Source: an uncultured candidate division Zixibacteria bacterium
GTDB lineage: Bacteria; Zixibacteria; MSB-5A5; UBA10806
NCBI GenBank assembly: GCA_963801605.1
Contig: CAWDFP010000011.1
Location: forward strand, 32,001 to 96,000
Direction of reading: 5' to 3'
DNA: 64,000 nt
The first letter of the stretch is position 1, and each line of letters starts with the position of its first letter. The position numbers and the translations under genes are program-made. The notes beneath the pieces are model-generated. The model was not told the origin of the DNA. It ran no database searches and saw only the letters and a list, made by a program, of their open reading frames with translations. This document shows, piece by piece, positions 10,235 to 17,659 of the stretch.

Positions 10235-12312
10235 AAAAGACCGTTAAACAAAGAGATTATTTTAATCCTGCGATTGTAGGAGTGTTAGCCTTTGTCCTGC
10301 GGCTATGGAATACCCTCGCTCAAGGCAACGATTTCTACGCCAATTTCCTCTCTGACGCCTCAACCTATCGTGTCTGGGCGGCAAAATTGGCAGCGGGCGG
10401 CACGTATGGCGAACCCGTGTTTCAGATGGGGCCACTGTATCCATATTTTTTGTATATCAATTTGAAGCTCGGAATCGGAAATTATTCAGTCCTGTTTGCG
10501 CAGGCGATACTTGGATCGCTCGTAGCAGTGATGGTTTATTATATTGCCAAAAGCATTTTCTGCAAATGGGCGGGGTTGATTTCAGGATTGCTGACCGCAA
10601 TCTATGCGCCGTTTATTTTCTACGATGGCCTCCTGCTTTCGGAATCGATACAGATATTTCTGCTGGCCGCGGCACTGCTTCTATTAGTATTGGAAACGAA
10701 AAAGTATCGCCTGCCAATCTTGCTGACTGCGGGGATATTTATCGGGTTGACGGCGTTGGGACGCGCTACAATACTTTTCTTTCCGTTGGCGCTGGCGCTG
10801 TATTGGTTGTTTCGCTTTTACAAATCGAAAGTACGATATAACAAAGAGATTATAACAAAAATCGGGATTCTCCTGGCGGGAGTGCTGATCGGCATTTTGC
10901 CCGCTGCGCTGCACAATTTGTCGTATGGCGATTTCGTATTGATATCATCCAACACCGGTATCAATTTTTATATCGGAAATAATACGGCCTCCACCGGCGC
11001 GTATGAGGTGCCGCCCGGTCTCGATCTCACCACCGATTTTACGGGCCGTCAGGTGGCCGAGCGCGAAATGGGGCATCGTCTCAAAAGCTCCGAGGTATCA
11101 TCGTACTGGACGGGGAAGACGTTGGCTGATATAACGCACAATCCCGGCAAATTTGTCGGTGTATTATTCGAGAAGGCCTGGCTGTATCTCTGGTATTACG
11201 ATATTTCGCAGGCGGAATCGATTGAAATCCAAAATATATTCTCGCCGGTTTTCAAGCTGCCGTTGGCGGGATTTGGCTTTATCATGATTTTGGGCTCGAT
11301 AGGTTTAATCTGGGCCAAAGCCGATGAACGTCGATGGATACTGATTCTGTTGTTCCTTTCGAGCTTGGCGGGCACGGTGCTGTTTTTTGTGATTGGGCGA
11401 TTTAAGTTAGTAGGGGCGCTGCCGCTCTTGATATCGTCAGGCACCGGAACGATTTTGCTATTCAATGCATTCAAGAAACGAGTCTGGAAAGCGGCCGCGA
11501 AATTTGTTATTACGGGGATTATCGTTCTGCTTATTGTATTGCTTCCGAGATCGTTCGATCGCCGCGTGAAGTTAGCGTCGGCATACGATAATGTGGGAAT
11601 CTTCTATTACTATAAAAACAAACCGGCTGATTCGATCAAGTGGTATCGGATGGCGGAGAAGGTGTCGCCGGATTATTCGGCGAGCCTCAATAATATCGGC
11701 ACCTACTTTTATTCGCAGGGGCAGCTTGATTCATCGGAATATTATTTCAAGAGGTCGCTTGAGGTCGATTCGCTATCGGATAAAACGCTGCTCAATCTGG
11801 GACGAATTTCTCTGGATAAGGGGAAACTCGATTTGGCCAAAGCATACTACGAGCGCGCCAGGGATGTTGCTCCGTTTGGCACCTCGGCGCAGGCGGCGTT
11901 GGCCGAGCTCGCGAAGCGGACGTTGGGAGGAGATACTATATCAGGCGCCGGATCGGCAGGATTTGAGACGTTGTTTCGCAGCGCCGAGCAGTTCGCCGCG
12001 CGCGGGCAGTTCGATCAGGCGGAGCGGTATTATTTAGAGGCGTTAAAGCTCAACGGCAACGATATCAAAGCGCTCAACAATCTCGGATTCGCCTACCAGG
12101 CGCAAAAGAAGTATATGGAAGCCGCCAGCAGTTTCGATAGGGTCCTCAAGCTTTCGCCCGACAACGCGGTTGCCTACAACAATCTGGCGGGCACGATTTA
12201 TCAGATGGGCTTGATAGATTCCTCGATTACGCTCTGGGAAAAGGCGGTAAAGATCGATCCGTCAAATCAGCAGTTCCAAAACAATCTAAATTTTGTGAAG
12301 AAGAAAAGATGA
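10231..12312 (+). CDS. GT-C (PMT/ArnT-like) membrane glycosyltransferase with C-terminal TPR repeats
   Basis: Multi-TM N-terminal region (D..Y, PLYPYFL, LLSE, NTGINFYIGNN) followed by TPR motifs (LNNIG, ALNNLGFAY, AYNNLA); ATGA overlap with rluD. Confidence 0.75.
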   Translation: MKKTVKQRDYFNPAIVGVLAFVLRLWNTLAQGNDFYANFLSDASTYRVWAAKLAAGGTYGEPVFQMGPLYPYFLYINLKLGIGNYSVLFAQAILGSLVAVMVYYIAKSIFCKWAGLISGLLTAIYAPFIFYDGLLLSESIQIFLLAAALLLLVLETKKYRLPILLTAGIFIGLTALGRATILFFPLALALYWLFRFYKSKVRYNKEIITKIGILLAGVLIGILPAALHNLSYGDFVLISSNTGINFYIGNNTASTGAYEVPPGLDLTTDFTGRQVAEREMGHRLKSSEVSSYWTGKTLADITHNPGKFVGVLFEKAWLYLWYYDISQAESIEIQNIFSPVFKLPLAGFGFIMILGSIGLIWAKADERRWILILLFLSSLAGTVLFFVIGRFKLVGALPLLISSGTGTILLFNAFKKRVWKAAAKFVITGIIVLLIVLLPRSFDRRVKLASAYDNVGIFYYYKNKPADSIKWYRMAEKVSPDYSASLNNIGTYFYSQGQLDSSEYYFKRSLEVDSLSDKTLLNLGRISLDKGKLDLAKAYYERARDVAPFGTSAQAALAELAKRTLGGDTISGAGSAGFETLFRSAEQFAARGQFDQAERYYLEALKLNGNDIKALNNLGFAYQAQKKYMEAASSFDRVLKLSPDNAVAYNNLAGTIYQMGLIDSSITLWEKAVKIDPSNQQFQNNLNFVKKKR

Positions 12313-12317
12313 CCTCC

Positions 12318-12458
12318 GTAGGGTGAGCTAACGTGTTTGCTCAAAATCAATTTAGCCACAAGTTGTCATTGCGAGGATTGTCCGCTTCTGACAATCCGAA
12401 GCAATCCCCCCGCATAAACGCGCCATCCTGCAGTAGCGTAGGTCCCCTGGGACCTGCG
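12318..12458. repeat. Cluster of three REP-like hairpins
   Basis: GTAGGGTGAGC..GCTCA (12318-12343); TGTCATTGCGAG..CGAAGCAATC (12364-12406); GTAGCGTAGGTCCCCTGGGACCTGCG (12433-12458). Confidence 0.7.
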
Positions 12459-12623
12459 AGCTAAGCTTCAATCAAAATTAATTTCATGCATGGATTTAGA
12501 TAATATTGGATTTGGCTTATTATTGTGTCTCTCAATTTACGCCTTTGTAATTCTCCTTTTGCGTTTATTTCGGTTTGTCAAATCTCCCAGGCTTTAGTGG
12601 ACGAAGAGATTTGAGCTACCATT

Positions 12624-12920
12624 TTGTCGGGTTTCTCGGAATCCGACCAACGATTCTGTTTTCAAAGCCCCTTATTGTAAGGGGGCGGTCCCGGGACCAA
12701 TTATTGCCCTTTACAAGGTGGGACCTGCCCTTGCTTTCGCCGCGATTTTCCCGTCGCTCAAAGGAGGTCTTACTGACCCTCCTCATTACGAAGGGGAGCG
12801 GTGACAGCCGACTCCGAGGGGAGTCCGGAGGACCCCGATGGGTCCTGAGAGAACCGCAATGGGTCCTAAAAGGACAGCCACCAAGTGGAAAGGTTATGTG
12901 GCCACAATCATCCTTCCATC
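12624..12920. repeat. Dense array of short palindromes / hairpins
   Basis: GTCGGGTTT-CTCG-GAATCCGAC; TTGTAAGGGGGC..GCCCTTTACAA; GGAGGTC..GACCCTCC; GACTCC-GAGG-GGAGTC; GGACCC-CGAT-GGGTCC; GTCCT-AAA-AGGAC; TGTGGCCACA. Confidence 0.6.
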
Positions 12921-13123
12921 TTTATAGCCCTTAGAAATCAAAATGCACTTTGAACGCGTTTTAGGGGCCTTGCAAGAGCGAAAAGGGGGATCAGCAAAAT
13001 TGGCCTCCACGGAGAGGGAGGGATTTTTCGGTTTTGGGATTTTGGGGGCAAAAATATTCTTGACACGACTTTTATTTTGGTGGGTGGTGCCGTTGTCACC
13101 TAACCCGATAGCAAAAAATACAA

Positions 13124-13313
13124 TCATTGCGAGGTCGTTTTGATGCCGAAGCAATCTGAATGCTTTTAACGAGAGTAATTTAATGCATAGATTCAGATCG
13201 CCTCGCGTTTTGTCTGCGACAAACCGCTCGCGATGACAACGAAAGGCAGTGGCGTCGGGTCTCCGAACCCGACGCAAACGATGTTGCGGTCAGGATCGGG
13301 GTCCTGACCGCAC
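13124..13313. repeat. Two inverted REP doublets (REPIN-like)
   Basis: TCATTGCGAG..CGAAGCAATCT (13124-13157) with inverted partner AGATCGCCTCG..CTCGCGATGACA (13195-13238); GTGGCGTCGGGTCTCCGAACCCGACGC (13249-13275) with GTTGCGGTCAGGATCGGGGTCCTGACCGCAC (13283-13313). Confidence 0.75.
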
Positions 13314-13496
13314 GATTGGAGTCTGAAGGTGGCGAATTTAGTTGGCAGCAACCGGACTAATAATTCTTGACGGATGAGCAAATAAATATTATTGATAATG
13401 CCTAGAAAACAACTGAGCTTTAATTGGGAACCAATTTATATTTTGAAATTATTCTGCAAAGAAAGTTCAAATACACTCATTTGAGGGAGTATTCCA

Positions 13497-13822
13497 ATGA
13501 TAAATATGAGTAATACAAATGTCAAAGAAGATTATAACAAATTACTTTCGACAGTCGTCCGATTACATGGCTTGGTTGGTTCATTTTTGCATTAGGTTTC
13601 ATTGTATTAATATTTGTTATATTAACAGTATTAAAAAGTGTAAATACGATTCGCGAAATAAACCTATTTATTGCGCCTTTGCTTGTCGGTTTTTCTTTTC
13701 TTCTATGCGGGCTTATGCTGGCCGTGTTTGGGCAGATTATTTCCTGTATTGTATCGATTGAAAGAAACACCAGAGAAACTCTGGACATTCTGGTCAAAAG
13801 AGAAAAAAATATTTCTGAATGA
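13497..13822 (+). CDS. Small two-TM hypothetical membrane protein with a frameshift near 13560 (absent from ORF track)
   Basis: RBS GAGGGAG, MINMSNTNVKEDYNKLLSTV, then in another frame ITWLGWFIFALGFIVLIFVILTV...LLVGFSFLLCGLMLAVFGQIISCIVSIERNTRETLDILVKREKNISE*. Confidence 0.6.
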
Positions 13823-13953
13823 AATCGGAGAATTGACGAAAGGTATTCTTATGTTAAAACCGCGGGGGTTTAGCATAAAACTTCTCTCAACGCCCATTCC
13901 CCTGCCCACTCCTAACCCCGTAACCTCTTCTGAAGTTATAAAATTATTATCAT

Positions 13954-14157
13954 GATGCGGTCACAATAAAGGTGACACGCATATATACTCAAGCCCCGTG
14001 TGCATGGCGTATGGCCTCATGCGCCATCCCACTCGCAAAAAAACGGCAGACGAGGTCATTTGACTTTAAGGAGGTGTCTGCCGACCAGATTATTCCCGTG
14101 GTGCCAGGTCTCCGCACGTGGTACCTGTTGGTGTCGGGTTCGGAGACCCGACACGAC
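13954..14157. repeat. Cluster of REP-like hairpins
   Basis: ATGCGGTCACAATAAAGGTGACACGCAT; ATGGCGTATG..CATGCGCCAT; CGGCAGAC..GTCTGCCG (14044-14083); doublet GTGGTGCCAGGTCTCCGCACGTGGTACC plus GTTGGTGTCGGGTTCGGAGACCCGACACGAC (14098-14157). Confidence 0.7.
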
Positions 14158-14170
14158 GGCGTTGCGCTCC

Positions 14171-14199
14171 TTGACTCCCGCCCGCATTCCCGCTATATT
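14171..14199 (+). promoter_or_regulatory. sigma70-type promoter
   Basis: TTGACT-17 bp-TATATT about 70 bp upstream of the ORF at 14269. Confidence 0.55.
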
Positions 14200-14268
14200 T
14201 AGTCTATATGGCATGCAAATATATTTGTGCCAAACACGTCTTCCTGAATTACCAAGGAGGGGTAAGCC

Positions 14269-14751
14269 ATGAATCTCGAGGAATACCAACTTGCCATGCC
14301 CGAGGGCTGCAATGTCATCTTGGGGCACTCCCATTTCATCAAAACCGCCGAGGACCTCTATGAAGTCATGGTCAACGCCAGCGCCGCAGTCAAGTTCGGG
14401 CTGGCTTTCTCCGAGGCCTCCGGCCCCTGCCTGGTGCGTGTCGAGGGGAACGACGACGAGCTAAAAGGGTTAGCGTCCAAAGCGCTGATGGATATGGGAT
14501 GCGGACATACATTCATTATTTATCTGAAAAATGCCTTCCCGATTAACTTTACGGGAGCAATCAAGGCCTGTCCCGAAGTTTGTAGGATAATCGCCGCCAC
14601 CGCCAACCCTCTTACGGTCCTGATCGCGCGGACCGAGCAGGGGGGAGGCATTATCGGTGTGGTCGATGGTTCCGCGCCCAAAGGCGTAGAAGGCGATAAT
14701 GATGTCGCGGCCCGGAAGAAATTCTTGAGAGATATCGGATACAAAAGATAA
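14269..14751 (+). CDS. Adenosine-specific kinase / DUF355 (COG1839) family protein
   Basis: NVILGHSHFIKTAEDLYE, FGLAFSEASGPCLVRVEGND, ATANP, C-terminal FLRDIGYKR; strong RBS AAGGAGG. Confidence 0.85.
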   Translation: MNLEEYQLAMPEGCNVILGHSHFIKTAEDLYEVMVNASAAVKFGLAFSEASGPCLVRVEGNDDELKGLASKALMDMGCGHTFIIYLKNAFPINFTGAIKACPEVCRIIAATANPLTVLIARTEQGGGIIGVVDGSAPKGVEGDNDVAARKKFLRDIGYKR

Positions 14752-15737
14752 TGCGATTAGTTGACGGCATCCGTTTCGGCGAGCATTTCGCTATCGATCC
14801 AACCAGCAAAACCAAGCTGGCGGTGATCAGCCATGCCCACAGCGACCATCTGCGTTCGCATGTCAAGCTGATCGCCACAGCGCCGACGCTCGATATGGCT
14901 CATCTGCTTTATAAGAAATTCGAGGAGGAGGAGTTACCATTCCATAAGCCGCTTGAGATCGGCCCGGCTACGGTGGAACTGGTTCCGGCAGGCCACATGT
15001 TAGGTTCGGCGCAGGTGATTATCGACTGGCACGGCGAACGGATCGTTTACACCGGCGATTTCAAACTCGAAGAGAACCTGACCTGCCCCAAAGCGGAGAT
15101 TCATCCCTGCGATATTCTATTGATAGACACGACCTACGGCCGTCCACGCTACAAATTCCCGCCGATCTCCGAGGTTAAGGAGATGCTGCTGGATTTCGTC
15201 TCCAAAAATCTCAAGGACAGTATCACGCCGATGATCTTAGCCTACTCGACCGGTAAATCGCAAGAAGCGATGAAGATGTTAGGTGACGCCGGGTACGAGA
15301 TGGATGTCCATCACAAAGCTTATGATATGGCGCAGATATATATCAAGCATGGCGTCAAAATTAAGAATATCCACAAGCTGGAGGAGAAACCGACGCCGGG
15401 CCGGGTGGTGATTATGCCTCCGGGCGCGATACGCTATATGAATACCTACGGCTGGGGACGATTCAAAACCTGTTTTCTCTCCGGCTGGACACTCGATAAA
15501 AGGTACGGCACTTACGGCGGCAAAGGGTACGGCATACCATTTACCGATCATGCCGGATTCGATGATATTATCCGCTATGTGGAAGAGGCTAAGCCCCGGC
15601 GCATCTTTACGCTGTTCGGGCCGCCCGAGATTGCGGAATATCTCTGCCGCCTGGGATTTAAAGCCCAGCCGGCGACCTTCAACTCCGGCCACTCGGTCAC
15701 ACCCAGAACGAAAACGAATTTAGAGTTATTCGAATGA
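14751..15737 (+). CDS. MBL-fold / beta-CASP nuclease (RNA/DNA processing exonuclease-like)
   Basis: SHAHSDH, PAGHMLGSAQ, YTGDF, DTTYG, YSTGKSQE and TDHAGF motifs. Confidence 0.85.
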   Translation: MRLVDGIRFGEHFAIDPTSKTKLAVISHAHSDHLRSHVKLIATAPTLDMAHLLYKKFEEEELPFHKPLEIGPATVELVPAGHMLGSAQVIIDWHGERIVYTGDFKLEENLTCPKAEIHPCDILLIDTTYGRPRYKFPPISEVKEMLLDFVSKNLKDSITPMILAYSTGKSQEAMKMLGDAGYEMDVHHKAYDMAQIYIKHGVKIKNIHKLEEKPTPGRVVIMPPGAIRYMNTYGWGRFKTCFLSGWTLDKRYGTYGGKGYGIPFTDHAGFDDIIRYVEEAKPRRIFTLFGPPEIAEYLCRLGFKAQPATFNSGHSVTPRTKTNLELFE

Positions 15738-16651
15738 ATCCAATTATAGTCGCGAAATCGCTTGTCAAAACATACGATGATTTGACGGCGGTAGATAAGA
15801 TTGATTTTAGCATTGCCGAGGGTGAAGCGTTCGGTTTCCTCGGACCCAACGGCGCGGGCAAGACCACAACCATGAAGATGATCTACTGCTTCGTGCCGCC
15901 AACATCGGGTACATTGGAAGTGGCGGGTCTCGATGTCACCAAACAGCCGCGCAAGATTAAATCGCTGCTGGGTGTCGTACCGCAGGACGACTCGCTCGAT
16001 CCCGATCTGACCGTATTTGGAAATCTAATCACCTACTCGCGTTATTATGAGGTGCCCAAAAAGATAGCAATCGAGCGCTCCAACTCACTGCTTGCGATGA
16101 TGTCGCTATCCGAAAAGCGCAACGTGGTGATCGATGATCTTTCCGGCGGTATGAAACGTCGTTTGCTGATTGCGCGCGGGCTTATCAATAACCCCAGGAT
16201 TTTAATATTGGATGAGCCCACCACCGGACTCGATCCTCAAGCGCGGCATATGGTCTGGTCGAAGCTGCGCGAATTGAAAGAATCCGGGATAACGATTATC
16301 CTGACCACTCATTACATGGAGGAGGCCGCCCGTCTCTGCGACCGCCTGGTGATGATGAACAACGGCAGGATTTTGGAAGAAGGCTCTCCGCTTGAACTGA
16401 TAAAAAAGCATATCGGCCAGGAAGTTTTCGAGGTTGATTATGTCGATGAGGCTCTGTTCGATAAAATAAAAGTTGCGCTGGGCGATAAAGAGTCAATCGA
16501 GCATTACAGCGATCGGGTTTACATTTACACTCGTTCGGCAAGCGAGACGGCTTTGCAGCTCCAGCATCTTAATTTGAGGGCGGTGACCGAACGCAAGGCC
16601 GATCTTGAGGACGTGTTTCTCAAACTGACCGGCAGGACGCTGATAGAATAG
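15734..16651 (+). CDS. ABC-2 exporter ATP-binding subunit (NodI/DrrA-like)
   Basis: GPNGAGKTT, LSGGMKRR, LDEPTTGLDP, THYMEEA, C-terminal LEDVFLKLTG. Confidence 0.9.
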   Translation: MNPIIVAKSLVKTYDDLTAVDKIDFSIAEGEAFGFLGPNGAGKTTTMKMIYCFVPPTSGTLEVAGLDVTKQPRKIKSLLGVVPQDDSLDPDLTVFGNLITYSRYYEVPKKIAIERSNSLLAMMSLSEKRNVVIDDLSGGMKRRLLIARGLINNPRILILDEPTTGLDPQARHMVWSKLRELKESGITIILTTHYMEEAARLCDRLVMMNNGRILEEGSPLELIKKHIGQEVFEVDYVDEALFDKIKVALGDKESIEHYSDRVYIYTRSASETALQLQHLNLRAVTERKADLEDVFLKLTGRTLIE

Positions 16652-16658
16652 AAAGGAA

Positions 16659-16728
16659 TTTGGGTATCATAATTTATTATGACCCCAAATTGGCTAAGTT
16701 GCGGTCACAATAAATTGTGACACTCAAC
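16659..16728. repeat. Inverted REP doublet between ABC ATPase and permease genes
   Basis: TTTGGGTATCATAATTTATTATGACCCCAAA and GTTGCGGTCACAATAAATTGTGACACTCAAC are inverted copies of one hairpin with a compensatory stem change; third copy at 13954. Confidence 0.75.
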
Positions 16729-16751
16729 ATAGGGCATTAATAAAATAGATT

Positions 16752-17528
16752 ATGAACCTAAACCCCTTCAAAGGCGTTTCACATCGAGCCTATTACGTAT
16801 TTCTGCGGCATCGCGATGTTTTTGTCAAGATGATCGCGACATCGCTGATACCGCCATTTCTCGATCCGCTGTTTTATCTCCTCGGCATGGGTTATGGCCT
16901 GGGCAGCATGATCAGCCCGATCCACGGCATGACCTATGTGCAGTTTATCGCTCCGGCGCTGGTGGCCTCGGTGATGATGACTGCACCGTTTTTCGAGTGC
17001 ACCGTGGGGACATTTGTCAGGATCGAATACCAGAAAACGTTCGACGCCATGATTTCAACGCCGCTTTCGACCGAGGATGTGGTCACCGGAGATATCATGT
17101 ATGGCGCCGGTCGAGCTACGCTTCAAGGAACAGCGATTTTGATCGTTATCACGGCGTTCGGGCTGGTCCAATCACCCTGGGCGATAATGATAATACCGTT
17201 ATGTTTTTTATTGGGATTGGTTTATGGTTCGATGGCCATGTTGTATACATCGTTTATACCGGCTATCAATTATGTCGATTATTTTTTCACGCTGATCATG
17301 ACGCCGATGTTTATTTTCGCGGGCACGTTTTTCCCGGTGTCTCAATTACCGCATTGGGCGCAGAAAGTAGCCTGGTTTATGCCGCTTTATCATACTGTGA
17401 ATATTACGCGCGCTCTGAATGTAGGTAATATCGGAGATATCTGGGGCAACATGCTTTGGATGCTTGTATGCGGCCTTATATTTTATTCTCTGGCCTTGTG
17501 GCGGATGCGGCACAGGTTGGTCAAATAA
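16752..17528 (+). CDS. ABC-2 exporter permease (NodJ-like)
   Basis: DPLFYLLGMGYGLG, YVQFIAPAL, QKTFDAMISTPL, GTFFPVSQLP.W, PLYH motifs; about 6 TM. Confidence 0.9.
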   Translation: MNLNPFKGVSHRAYYVFLRHRDVFVKMIATSLIPPFLDPLFYLLGMGYGLGSMISPIHGMTYVQFIAPALVASVMMTAPFFECTVGTFVRIEYQKTFDAMISTPLSTEDVVTGDIMYGAGRATLQGTAILIVITAFGLVQSPWAIMIIPLCFLLGLVYGSMAMLYTSFIPAINYVDYFFTLIMTPMFIFAGTFFPVSQLPHWAQKVAWFMPLYHTVNITRALNVGNIGDIWGNMLWMLVCGLIFYSLALWRMRHRLVK

Positions 17529-17580
17529 TGGTAAGCTGTTAAATCGTATCGGGTTATGTAATTTCATCGGGTCATTTGTG

Positions 17581-17609
17581 TTGACAGGCAATTTTATATA
17601 TTCTATGTT
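17581..17609 (+). promoter_or_regulatory. sigma70-type promoter
   Basis: TTGACA-17 bp-TATGTT upstream of glmM. Confidence 0.55.
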
Positions 17610-17659
17610 GATGAGAATAAAGGGGGGGAGTGGTTGATTTCATCATTTGGGGAGAATGA

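Noticed and set aside
12595..12804. TAG readthrough extending the 35-aa ORF, or an alternative genetic code
   Set aside because: The downstream frame runs through palindromic repeats and is not protein-like; TAG, TGA and TAA all act as normal stops in conserved genes here
12681..12883. tmRNA (GGGGGCGG...CCACCA ends)
   Set aside because: Only about 200 nt, no T-arm GTTCGA motif, the ends do not form an acceptor stem, and there is no tag ORF
12575..13381. Track ORFs 12575-12934, 12894-13277, 12943-13143 and 13193-13381
   Set aside because: They run through REP palindromes, lack an RBS and have no protein-like composition
12313..14268. CRISPR array or attC integron cassette array
   Set aside because: No identical direct repeats with regular spacers, no cas or intI gene, and the palindromes belong to different families
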